In this document: positions 26,603-36,157 of the stretch, in pieces | How positions within the stretch are numbered: the stretch's first letter is position 1 | Layout: each line of letters begins with the position of its first letter | Assembly (NCBI GenBank): GCA_038227875.1 | Contig: JBBRPR010000071.1 | Coordinates: forward strand, 1 to 40,295 | Reading direction: 5' to 3' | Source of the DNA: Planctomycetota bacterium | Lineage (GTDB): Bacteria > Planctomycetota > SZUA-567 > H5-PLA8 | DNA: 40,295 bases | Notes under the pieces: generated by a model | What the model was told of the DNA's origin: nothing | What the model saw: only the letters and a program-made list of their open reading frames with translations | Database searches by the model: none | Program-made: the position numbers and the translations under genes

Positions 26603-27271
26603 TTACTTCTGCGGCTTGCCGCGGCCGAAGTCGATCACTTCCGAAATGACCGTCAACGCCGTGATGGTGTTTTCGAAGTGCTTGCTGACGGGCGGCGCCT
26701 TCTTATTGCCAAATTGAATCGCAGGAAGCTGTACGCCGTCGTCCTGCGCCTTTGAGATTTTCACAACGCCGTCGAACGGCACATCCGCAGAGATCACCTT
26801 CTGATACTTGGCGGTCTTCACGTATTCCACAGTGAGTCCGTTGGACGAGGTTGAAAAGCTCCGCAATGTCGTCTCGCCATCCCAGGTTTCACAGGCGGCG
26901 GTGCTGGAACCAATTTTTCGCGTCTCGGTTTTCGTTTTCTTCATGTTCAACTCAAGCCCTGGAACCGCCGGCCCCGGGTCTCCCGCGCGGTGGTATTTCC
27001 GCGTGTTTTTGTGAGCTGCGTCTGAATCTTCCACGGTGACGAAGTCGTCCGAGATCTCCTTGATCTCTCGGCGGCTGGTGGTTCCGCTGGGATTTTTGAC
27101 GACGATAAAATCACCGACGAGCGCCGTCTTCACCCACGGTTCGAAAGGAAGTTCGCCCGTTTGCCCGTTCACGGACCCCGGCGCCACTCCGACGAATGAG
27201 TTCGCGGCGTGGAGCTGTGTGGGAATTAGAACGACACCGGTCAACAGCACATTTAGAAGGAGTAGTCTCAT
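26603..27271 (-). CDS. Secreted hypothetical protein
   Basis: GGAG RBS before ATG 27271, signal peptide LHA|A, and a beta-rich body with S.DVPFDGVVK. Confidence 0.75.
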   Translation of the reverse strand: MRLLLLNVLLTGVVLIPTQLHAANSFVGVAPGSVNGQTGELPFEPWVKTALVGDFIVVKNPSGTTSRREIKEISDDFVTVEDSDAAHKNTRKYHRAGDPGPAVPGLELNMKKTKTETRKIGSSTAACETWDGETTLRSFSTSSNGLTVEYVKTAKYQKVISADVPFDGVVKISKAQDDGVQLPAIQFGNKKAPPVSKHFENTITALTVISEVIDFGRGKPQK

Positions 27272-27375
27272 ATCGTCTCCGTGAATACGCGTGAAAGATG
27301 CGCACACGTGTGACGCGAATAGTGCGGTTGCATTACAGCAAAAGTTGAATTCGCGGAGCCACCGAACGCCGCGCG

Positions 27376-28653
27376 TCAGCGGTGACTCGACTTCTGCGGC
27401 GGCGGCGGAAAATCTTTTCCCGCTTCGTTGTGCTGCACCGTCCGGCCGCCGGATGCGATGGAACGCGCGGCCAGATCGGCGATCAGCACGCAGCGCCGCG
27501 CTTCTTCTGGCGTGGCGCGCTGCAGGGGATCGCTGCCACCCAGGCCCAGGATATCGGCAATCAACGCGATGTCCGCACCACCGTGACCATGCTCGCCGGA
27601 ACCCAGCTCGCATTTGATGTGCTCGGTCTTGCCGTCTGGGTTGAGCACGCGCAAGTACACTTGGCCGTCATAGGAATTCAGTCCCAGTTCCGCGCGCCCC
27701 AGGGTCCCGGTGAAATGGAAGTACCAGAATTCGCGCGGCGAAAACGTGACCAGCGAAAACGCGGCCAGCGCGCCTTTCTTGTATTTGATCCGTACCGTTT
27801 CATGATCGTTGACCGTGTGCCGGTCGGAGAAGACGCACAGATCGCGCACGTAACCGTCTTCGCCTTCCGCTTCGCGGTACATGCGCCGGTAGACGCCGTC
27901 CCATTTATCGATATCGAAAACGTGCGGGCACTCCTTGGCGACCGCACAGCCTTCGCACTTTTCGGCGTGATTCAGTTCCGGGCGCGGCGTGTAGAAACTG
28001 CGTCCGCCGGCGGCTGAGACTTCCAGGGGTTCATCGTCGAGAATCCAGTTCATCACATCCAGATGATGGCAGCACTTGTGGTTCATCAGGCCTGCCGACT
28101 TCGAAAAATCGGAGTGCCAGCGGTGGAAGTAATCGCCGCCGTGCGAGTAATCGAGCACTTCCGCGGCTTCGACGGAGATCACCGTGCCGATCCGTCCCGA
28201 CCGAACCAGTTTCGCGCAGGCCAGCGTGTAATCGTGATAACGCATGTTGTGGCCAACGCGCACTTCCTTGCCCGTGTGCTTCATCGCGGCGATGACGCGG
28301 TCGCATTCCCACGCGCTGGTGGCCAGCGGCTTGTCGACGACCACATTCAATCCAGCATGTAAAGCGGCAACGATTGTGTCGGCATGCGTGTAATCGGGGG
28401 TGGTGATGATGCACCAATCGGCCTTCACCAGGCGCTGAGCTTCCGCGATGTCTTTGACGACCGGCAGCTCGGGCAGGCCGATTTCCTTCGCGCCCACGCG
28501 GCCGCGCGTCAGATTCGAATCGACCAGCGCTGAAACTTCCGCGCGTTCTGCAAATTCCGGCAGGCCTTTATTTTTCATGCCGCGCAGACCTTTGGCGAAG
28601 CAGCCCAGCCCGCGGTTGCCCAGTCCGACAATGATGAATTTGATTTTCTTCAT
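27376..28653 (-). CDS. Gfo/Idh/MocA family NAD(P)-dependent oxidoreductase
   Basis: IVGLGNRG Rossmann motif, TTPDYTH, VDKPLA, GHNMRY, HKCCHHLD and HGHGGAD. Confidence 0.95.
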   Translation of the reverse strand: MKKIKFIIVGLGNRGLGCFAKGLRGMKNKGLPEFAERAEVSALVDSNLTRGRVGAKEIGLPELPVVKDIAEAQRLVKADWCIITTPDYTHADTIVAALHAGLNVVVDKPLATSAWECDRVIAAMKHTGKEVRVGHNMRYHDYTLACAKLVRSGRIGTVISVEAAEVLDYSHGGDYFHRWHSDFSKSAGLMNHKCCHHLDVMNWILDDEPLEVSAAGGRSFYTPRPELNHAEKCEGCAVAKECPHVFDIDKWDGVYRRMYREAEGEDGYVRDLCVFSDRHTVNDHETVRIKYKKGALAAFSLVTFSPREFWYFHFTGTLGRAELGLNSYDGQVYLRVLNPDGKTEHIKCELGSGEHGHGGADIALIADILGLGGSDPLQRATPEEARRCVLIADLAARSIASGGRTVQHNEAGKDFPPPPQKSSHR

Positions 28654-28763
28654 CGCTTACGATCTCCCCGCGCGCCGGAAGTGAAATTTCCATCGAATAT
28701 GTTGTCAGACATGATACTGTATGGCGGTTCAACTGTCCTGCTGAAAATCGGAGCATCTTTGCC

Positions 28764-30125
28764 ATGCCCAACACCGCGCTTCAGACCGTACAATCCATTG
28801 CCGACACTTGCCGCACCGCCACCGTCGATGGCATTGAACTGGTGGTCTCGCGTTTCGAAAAGAACGACGGCTATCCGTTCATCGACACCAAGCTGAGCAC
28901 TATTACCGGCGAGAATTTTCCAGAACCGGCTGATCTAGAAGCCGACTTCCGCGGTCGCAGTGCAGTCTTTGGCTGGATCCAGGGGCGCGGTCTGGAGGCG
29001 CTCGCCGGACACGCGACGTACCTCGCCGAGCGCGAAAGCAATGCGGTACTGGCTGCGCGCTGCGATCGCATGCTCGACGCCGTGGCCACACGCATTGCCG
29101 CGTTCGCTGCCGCCAACCGTGGCCGCTTTGTCTTTCTCTTCACGCCCGATGGCCGACCCTTCCGCTGCGGAGCGGACGGCCGGCGGGAGTACGTCTCGTC
29201 TTCCGATGTGCCTCCCGGTTTTGCCGATCTTTTCACAGCGAAGGGTCTGGCCGCCGCGGGAGTCCGCCGCAAGCGCTCAGACTGGAGCGCGCTCGGCATC
29301 GCCACTTTCCGCGCCGCAACGGAGGCCATCAACAAAGGGACGTTTGCCTCCGATCAGATCTCCTTCGATCCCAAAAATCCCGCCGTTCCCGTGCCCGGCA
29401 GAGTCGCGCAGGGACCGTGGATGATCGCACTCGGCGGGTACGCGTTGCTGTGCGAACTGTTTCCTGAATCCGAGGAGTGGGTGGCCGGCGGCGCAGCGTA
29501 TCTGCGCCGCGTAGTCGACCGCCACGTCGCGTTGTGTGACGACGGTCCGCTGAAGCGCTTCGATTTTGTGGAAGCCATCGACGTTGCTGGAAAGCCATGG
29601 ATGGATCAGGGCAAGATCGTTCAGGACCCCGGCCACGCGCTTGAATTCACCGGACTCGCCGCCCGCTTTCTGCTGAACGCGAAGGCGCACGGCAATCGTG
29701 CCGACTTTGCAGCGCTCAAGAAGCAGTGCCAGGAATTGCTGCCCGAGGTATTCCTGGCCGCGTTTGCGAATGGCTTTCAGCCCAGCGTCGGCGGCGTCTG
29801 CAAGACATTCGATCTCGTCGCGCGCAAGCCCATCAACGACGACATGCCGTGGTGGCAATTCCCCGAAACTCTGCGCGCTGCGGCGCTGCTGTTGCGCCTG
29901 GCGCCCGCACATCCCCGCCGGGATGAAGTCGCCAGCGCCGCCATCGCTTGCGCACGGGCGTTTTTCGGACCGTACCGTTCTGTGCGGCCGGGCCTGTTCT
30001 ACCAAACCCGCGACGCGCGCGGCGAACCGACGCCTGTTGTTCCCGCCACGCCCGATGCCGATCCCGGCTACCACACAGGCCTGTGTTTGATCGACGTGGT
30101 CGATGCGTGCCGCGAGAAGCGTTAA
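28764..30125 (+). CDS. AGE family (N-acylglucosamine 2-epimerase/isomerase-like) alpha6/alpha6 protein
   Basis: WIQGR, DPGHALEF, WWQFPE and DPGYH motifs match the AGE catalytic His pattern. Confidence 0.8.
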   Translation: MPNTALQTVQSIADTCRTATVDGIELVVSRFEKNDGYPFIDTKLSTITGENFPEPADLEADFRGRSAVFGWIQGRGLEALAGHATYLAERESNAVLAARCDRMLDAVATRIAAFAAANRGRFVFLFTPDGRPFRCGADGRREYVSSSDVPPGFADLFTAKGLAAAGVRRKRSDWSALGIATFRAATEAINKGTFASDQISFDPKNPAVPVPGRVAQGPWMIALGGYALLCELFPESEEWVAGGAAYLRRVVDRHVALCDDGPLKRFDFVEAIDVAGKPWMDQGKIVQDPGHALEFTGLAARFLLNAKAHGNRADFAALKKQCQELLPEVFLAAFANGFQPSVGGVCKTFDLVARKPINDDMPWWQFPETLRAAALLLRLAPAHPRRDEVASAAIACARAFFGPYRSVRPGLFYQTRDARGEPTPVVPATPDADPGYHTGLCLIDVVDACREKR

Positions 30126-30153
30126 GTTTTCATTCATCCACGAAGGAGTCGAC

Positions 30154-31344
30154 ATGCCGCTGAATCGAAGCGATCTCAAAAAATTCCGCGAAGCCGGCCT
30201 CAATGGTGCGACGTGGTTTACCACCAGCCAGGTGCAGATGCAGAAACCGTACTGGGACGCGAATCACGGCCGGTTTATTTACGACCGCCATCTTCCGACA
30301 GGCAACACCGTGCTTGGTCTGAATTGGACACAGGGCCGCGGCATCTTCTGTCTGCTCGCCGCGTTTGAACTCACCGGCAAGCCCGGCTATCTCGAAAGCG
30401 CCATCCGCGCGGCCGAATACATCAAGATCCTCCAGATCTACGATTGTCCTGACAATCCGCGCCGCCAGTTTGCGATCCGCGAGGAAGTGCCGCAGAGCCG
30501 CCGCTCCGCGCCGCGCGACGCGACAGAAGCCGCGCTGGGTTTGCTTTTCCTCTATCGCGTCACGCGCGAGCCGGATTATTTGCGGCGCGCCGTGGACTAC
30601 GCCACGTGGTTAGAACGCAACGTTTGGAATAAATCCAAATGGCCGATCGGCGTCGTCTCGCTCGTCGACGAAAACCACAGCACCACCGAGTACAGTTTTC
30701 AGACCGCGCACGCGGCGCTGTTCTACTATTTGTTTCTCGCCACGAAGAAGAAGGCATATTTGCAGCGCGTCCGACATCTCGCGGACGAAGGGATTCGCCG
30801 CTACATGCACGCCGACGGATCCATCCGCACCGCGCAGTACGACCCGCACCATACGCTGCCCGGCGGCGAAGTGCTGAATGATGACGGCTACATGGCCAGC
30901 GTCCTCTGCGCCTACCAGGCTTTCGGCGACAAGAAGTACCTCGACGTGGTGCTGAGCCACTCCCAATGGCTGCGCATCGCCATCCGTCCGCCGCTGCCGA
31001 TGCTCAGTGCGCTGCCGTGCATGAGTACGGTCATGGTCGAACTCAGCGCCATCACCGGCGATCCAGTCCATCGCGATTGGGCCGTGAAGATGCTGCAAAA
31101 ACACGTGCTGCCGCTGCAGGTGAAAGGCAAAGACCCGAAGACTGCCGGCGCCTTTCGCGGCGAAGATGAACCCGTCGAATACTACGGCCCGAAGACCGCG
31201 AAGAAGACCGATTTTATCACCACCCGTGTCACGGCCTACGCCACGCTGGCGTGTTTAAAACTCGTCGGCATCGTCGGTCCGTACTACGGCTCCGTCGGCT
31301 GGAACCGCAAAGTCCGAAAGGTACACAAACTGACTGTAAGTTAA
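30154..31344 (+). CDS. Alpha/alpha-toroid (six-hairpin glycosidase-like) hypothetical protein
   Basis: AAGGAG RBS and repeated L..A(Y/F)..TG...YL..A helical hairpin signatures. Confidence 0.8.
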   Translation: MPLNRSDLKKFREAGLNGATWFTTSQVQMQKPYWDANHGRFIYDRHLPTGNTVLGLNWTQGRGIFCLLAAFELTGKPGYLESAIRAAEYIKILQIYDCPDNPRRQFAIREEVPQSRRSAPRDATEAALGLLFLYRVTREPDYLRRAVDYATWLERNVWNKSKWPIGVVSLVDENHSTTEYSFQTAHAALFYYLFLATKKKAYLQRVRHLADEGIRRYMHADGSIRTAQYDPHHTLPGGEVLNDDGYMASVLCAYQAFGDKKYLDVVLSHSQWLRIAIRPPLPMLSALPCMSTVMVELSAITGDPVHRDWAVKMLQKHVLPLQVKGKDPKTAGAFRGEDEPVEYYGPKTAKKTDFITTRVTAYATLACLKLVGIVGPYYGSVGWNRKVRKVHKLTVS

Positions 31345-31541
31345 GTTTCGACGTCGCAGCCGCCGATTAGTTGGCACTGCGCAATATGATTCTGTGCTAT
31401 CACCGGTTGTTTTGAAAAGTATATAAGGCTTTATATAGTCAATGCTTGAGTGAATGGTAAATAGGTTTCGGTGGGTATAATTTTTTAAACAATATATTAA
31501 ATAGATCACTCAATATAATGATTTAGGGTGTATGTGAACGC

Positions 31542-32813
31542 ATGAGCCTTCGGTCTAAACATTCCCAACTTCACCGCCTCCTGCGGGATAAAATTGTTAA
31601 TGGCATCTGCCCGCCCGGGTCGCGGTTGCCCACGGAAACCGAGCTGATCGAAGAACATCAAGTCAGCAGCATCACGGTCATCCGCGCCTTGAACGACTTG
31701 GCGCGCGAAGGACTGATCGTACGTCGGCGGCGAAGCGGCACCTTTGTCGTCGATCCCACGCACCGACCACTGATCGCCGGGCGAAACCTGCGGCTGGCAC
31801 TGTTGATCGACCAGTCGATCCTGCCTAATTTTGAATTCATCCAGGGTTTTCACCGGGCCGTCATCGACGGTGTCCTTCAGGGCTGGGGCGTTCACACGAC
31901 GCCGACAGTCGCCAGGGTGCCTCCCACGGAAGTTACGCGTGCGGTCTGGAAAGCACCACTCCGCGGGGTGACGGTGGAAGCCATCGGCGAAGAGCACGCC
32001 ACGCGGCGCAAGCATCCGCCGATCGAGGCCATTCGAAACGGCGGCTACGACGGCGTGGTGGCGGTGAGCATTGTGGTTGAATCGTTCATTCAGCAACTGC
32101 AGACGTTGAAAATTCCCTGCGTGCTTGCTGATTATCTGAACATTCGATCAGCCCTCAATTCGGACCAGGTGTACTTCGACCCGATGCCCGGATATTTCGC
32201 CGCGGTCAAGCATCTCTCGCAACAAGGCGCGCGGCGCATTCATTATGTGGGGTGTCTGCTGCGCGCGCCATCGGAGTCCGCAAAGCTGATGTCTGCGGAT
32301 CCGGACCGTTTCAAACCCGAGCGCGGCCGTCGCGATCCTGACAGCCTGTTGCGTCTGAACGCATACCAGTTGGCGCTGAAAGAACTGGACCTGCCTGAAT
32401 CGGACCGCAGCATCCATTTCACGTGGCCGTATTCGCCGTTCATTCAGAACCTGGCCGAGGAGCTGGCTGCGCTGCCGGCAGGCGAGAGGCCCGACGCAGT
32501 GGTCTGTCACTCCGCCGACACGGCCAGGATCTTCATTGAAGTCTTCGCCTCGAAAGGGCTGCGGCTGGCCGGCACGGGAGCGGCAGAGTTCGGGTACCTC
32601 GGATCGGCACTTCCGATCTTCGCCAGCGGAAAAGCCATGGGTGAGATCGCTGCTTCGCTGGTCGTGTGGAAGCTGCAGCAGCCCAGCCGCGCACCGCTGC
32701 GCGTGGGAGTGCCCATGCATTTTCCGCCGGTGGAGGACGCATTCAATGCCGGGTTGCGGACGGACGCAACGATCGTCGACAGCAGCGGCAGCGTGGCTAC
32801 GACGGCGCACTAG
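31542..32813 (+). CDS. GntR family transcriptional regulator with LacI/PBP-like effector domain
   Basis: PGSRLPTETEL...VSSITVIRALNDLAREGLIVRRRRSGTFV wHTH, followed by AVKHL..QG.RRI and RPDAVVC. Confidence 0.92.
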   Translation: MSLRSKHSQLHRLLRDKIVNGICPPGSRLPTETELIEEHQVSSITVIRALNDLAREGLIVRRRRSGTFVVDPTHRPLIAGRNLRLALLIDQSILPNFEFIQGFHRAVIDGVLQGWGVHTTPTVARVPPTEVTRAVWKAPLRGVTVEAIGEEHATRRKHPPIEAIRNGGYDGVVAVSIVVESFIQQLQTLKIPCVLADYLNIRSALNSDQVYFDPMPGYFAAVKHLSQQGARRIHYVGCLLRAPSESAKLMSADPDRFKPERGRRDPDSLLRLNAYQLALKELDLPESDRSIHFTWPYSPFIQNLAEELAALPAGERPDAVVCHSADTARIFIEVFASKGLRLAGTGAAEFGYLGSALPIFASGKAMGEIAASLVVWKLQQPSRAPLRVGVPMHFPPVEDAFNAGLRTDATIVDSSGSVATTAH

Positions 32814-32858
32814 GCACGCATTGACAAGCCCTATTTCCAAGTTGGATGGGAGCCAATC

Positions 32859-35828
32859 ATGAAAACACGCGGTGCATGCAGACTCGCACTCGTTGCCATC
32901 CTGGCGATGGCAGCAGGCAAGTTCCCACCGGCGGTCTTTGGGGCCGATGAGACTCAGGAGCGGAAAGTCAGCCGCGAGGAGATTTACGAGTTCGCAGAAA
33001 AGCCCCGGATTGCGATCAACGGCAGCGACGTGGAGATCACATTTACGGCGAAGGCCCACTGCGACGCCACGGTGGCCATCGAAAACGCAGCGGGCGAGAT
33101 CGTTCGCCATCTGGCCTGCGGAGTCCTGGGCGACAAAGCGCCGGCGCCCTTTCAGAAGGGATCGCTGCGCCAGTCCCTGCGCTGGGACGGCAAAGACGAC
33201 CGGGGCAAATATGTCGACGACCTGGGCGCACTGAGTGTACGCGTGTCGCTGGGCCTGCAGCCGAAGTTTGAAAAGAGCCTTTATGAAGAGCCCAAGCGGC
33301 GCTATTCGCGTGAGGGTGCGTTGTTCTGCCCCACGGCGGAGGGCGTGTATGTTTACGACGGCGGCAACGGCGCCGACTTCGTGCGGCTCTTCGACCACGA
33401 CGGCAACTACAAGCGCACCGTTTACCCATTTCCGGCCGACAAGATCAAGGATGTTGCCGGGCTTTTCTGGCACGACTATCCGGAAGACGGCGCGCACCTG
33501 CCCATCAAGCCGAATTTCCTGCAGAATTCGCTGCTGACCGGCGGGACACAAGCGTTCAACATGATCAATTATCTCCCGGCCGAAAAAATGTATCGCACGG
33601 TCAACGCCTCCAAGGGCACCTGCCACTTCGGCATGGAAGGCCGTGGCGCCATGACCATGGCGGTCCGCAACGGGCGGATTGCGCTGGCCAATAATCTCAT
33701 CAATCGCTTCGCCACCGACGGCAGTTCGGGCGGAATGCAGTTGAGCGGTCCCCGCACCGTTCCCGCGATCACGGTCGAGAATGTCGATTACGGCAACAAG
33801 GTGGATGTTGCACCGCATAGCTCGGCACTGAGCCCCGACGGAAAAACGCTCTACCTGACCGGATATATTTTCAGTCACAAGAGCCTGGCCAGCGCCGACA
33901 TCATCAAGAACGGGAGATGGGCCTGCTTTCACGGCGTGTACGCGCTGAGCATGGATAGCGACGCGCCGCTGAAACTTTTCGTGGGAAGCGACAAGGTCGA
34001 TGAGGCCGGAAGCGACAACACGCACTTCAAGGTTCCGGCGTCGGTGGCCGTGGATAACACCGGGTTGGTCTATGTGGCCGACTATCTCAACGACCGGGTC
34101 CAGGTGTATTCAGCAGTCGGCGAATTCGTGAGAACGATCAAGATTTCCCGCCCGGCGCAGCTCTTCATTGACAGCGAACATGGCGAGCTGATTGTGGCCA
34201 GCTTCGTCACGTACAATGTGTTTCAGCAATCGACGACACCAGCAGAGACTGTGCCGGCGACCCTGACACGCATGGGACCGTTGAGCAATCCGGTGAAGAT
34301 TGTCAGTTATCCGTTGCCCGTTCAATCCTATCTCGCCACGCCCAATTATTTCTTTTACATGGGCTGCGGCGTTCCGATTTCGCTGGGGTACGACCCTCAC
34401 GGCGCGAGCCCAACGCTGTGGATCACCGAAGAATACCCGATGGAAAACGTGATGACCCGCGGACACGCCCGTTCGAACGTGCGGCTGTTTGAAGTAAAAG
34501 AAAAAACGCTGGTGCCCAAGCGCGATTTCACGGCTGATGTGAAGAACACAAGCGTGCGAGCCGAACCGGCGCACATTCCGCGGCAACGGATGAATGTGAA
34601 TCCCCGCACGGGAAAACTGTACCTGTGCGAAGACCAGAGTTTGGAAATCTTCCAGCAGGTCATCGAGTTGGATCCGGAGACGGGAAAACAAACGCTCCTC
34701 GACCTGCCGCTGGATGTCGAGGACCTGTGCATCGATTCGCAGGGCCTGTTTTATATGAAAACCTACTCGGCACTGGTCCGCTACAACTTGGATGCCGGCA
34801 ACACGTGGCGCGAAGTTCCCTGGGATTATGGCGAGGAATTCAGCGGCAAGGATAACAAGCTGACGGCGTCTGTATCTTCCAGCCGGCGCGAGACCGAGGC
34901 GCAATCGGCACTGCCGCTGCCGGCAAATGGAAGCTGGCATCACGGCGGGATGTTCGTGTCCTTGAAAGGCAACCTGGTTGCCGGCTGCAAGTACTGGCTG
35001 CCCGGCTGGGAAAAGACTGTCGACAAGACCGAGCGGGCGTCCGCCGTTCCAAACGGCCGAGTCTACGCGCCGGCATTGTATCCGGGCCGCAGTGTGGGCG
35101 GACGCGGCGGCGGCATCTTCGTTCACGTCTGGGACCCTCGCGGGAAATTGCTTTATGACGACGCCGCGCCGGGATTGGCTGACAACACCTACGGCCTGGG
35201 TCTCGACGCCGACGACAACATCTATGCCCTGTCGGCCGGCACCCGGGTTTACGCGGGGAAAAAATACTTTAATGATATGAGCGGAACCCTGCTTAAATTT
35301 AAACCCAAAGTGCTGAAGATTGTCAGCACCGACGCGACGCCGGTGCCGATGCCTTCGAATGAAGTACCATCCCGCTCACCGGACCTGGCCAATGCCGCGC
35401 AGGGCAACGCGTGGATCCAGAACGACAGCGTCGAATGGACTTTTGGAGGCGTCGGCTTTTGCGGCAAAAATATGGGGGTGGGGTGCGCGTGCTGGAATTG
35501 CCGCTTCGGCTTCGATTACTTCAATCGTTCATTTGCACCCGAACTGGACCGCTACAGCGTGGCGGTCCTGGACGCCGCGGGCAACCTCATCGTCAGGGTG
35601 GGCAGGTATGGCAACGCCGACAGCGCCGGACCCGACAGCCTGGTACCGATGGGCGGCGACGAAGTGGGTTTGCTGCATGGCGCATACGTGGCGGTGGATA
35701 CCGACAAGCGCATGTTCATCGCTGATCCGATGAACGGGCGGATCGTGAGCGTGCGAATGGGCTATCACCAGACGGAGAAGGCGTTGATTCAGTCGATACC
35801 TGATTTTAAGGCGATCGTGCGCAGGTAG
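32859..35828 (+). CDS. Large secreted FlgD-Ig-like plus NHL/beta-propeller protein
   Basis: Signal peptide, IVRHLACG...WDGKDDRGK, and NHL blades PASVAVD..GLVYVADYLNDRVQVY and MFIADPMNGRI. Confidence 0.85.
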   Translation: MKTRGACRLALVAILAMAAGKFPPAVFGADETQERKVSREEIYEFAEKPRIAINGSDVEITFTAKAHCDATVAIENAAGEIVRHLACGVLGDKAPAPFQKGSLRQSLRWDGKDDRGKYVDDLGALSVRVSLGLQPKFEKSLYEEPKRRYSREGALFCPTAEGVYVYDGGNGADFVRLFDHDGNYKRTVYPFPADKIKDVAGLFWHDYPEDGAHLPIKPNFLQNSLLTGGTQAFNMINYLPAEKMYRTVNASKGTCHFGMEGRGAMTMAVRNGRIALANNLINRFATDGSSGGMQLSGPRTVPAITVENVDYGNKVDVAPHSSALSPDGKTLYLTGYIFSHKSLASADIIKNGRWACFHGVYALSMDSDAPLKLFVGSDKVDEAGSDNTHFKVPASVAVDNTGLVYVADYLNDRVQVYSAVGEFVRTIKISRPAQLFIDSEHGELIVASFVTYNVFQQSTTPAETVPATLTRMGPLSNPVKIVSYPLPVQSYLATPNYFFYMGCGVPISLGYDPHGASPTLWITEEYPMENVMTRGHARSNVRLFEVKEKTLVPKRDFTADVKNTSVRAEPAHIPRQRMNVNPRTGKLYLCEDQSLEIFQQVIELDPETGKQTLLDLPLDVEDLCIDSQGLFYMKTYSALVRYNLDAGNTWREVPWDYGEEFSGKDNKLTASVSSSRRETEAQSALPLPANGSWHHGGMFVSLKGNLVAGCKYWLPGWEKTVDKTERASAVPNGRVYAPALYPGRSVGGRGGGIFVHVWDPRGKLLYDDAAPGLADNTYGLGLDADDNIYALSAGTRVYAGKKYFNDMSGTLLKFKPKVLKIVSTDATPVPMPSNEVPSRSPDLANAAQGNAWIQNDSVEWTFGGVGFCGKNMGVGCACWNCRFGFDYFNRSFAPELDRYSVAVLDAAGNLIVRVGRYGNADSAGPDSLVPMGGDEVGLLHGAYVAVDTDKRMFIADPMNGRIVSVRMGYHQTEKALIQSIPDFKAIVRR

Positions 35829-36157
35829 CTAAAAAGGAAAGTATCGCGCGCGCCGAAGTTCTGCGCGATTGCGTTCGGACACTAGCGCCGAAGCCAAATT
35901 GGATTCAATCCCGTTGGCGCAGCGGACTCATTTCTATAGGAAGTCGAGTCGGCCTTGGTGCCGCTTGCAACGAGTTCACAGCCGCTGAATACCGAAGACT
36001 GACAAAGCATTCGCAGATCAACTACTGTCGGATCGCTGGCGTCCTGCTGCAGTCTTCACAATGCGTATCAATTTCAATGGTTGTGTAAACTATCGCGACC
36101 GCATCCTACTGGCATTGTAAGTGCACTAGGGAGTGAATAACTCGCCTAGGAGAACTT

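Noticed and set aside
32148..34025. 625-aa - strand ORF
   Set aside because: Spans two well-supported + strand genes and has no protein-like features.
35829..36157. Riboswitch or ncRNA upstream of the PATR gene
   Set aside because: Only a short GAAGACTG/CAGTCTTC pairing is visible, and I recognise no aptamer consensus.
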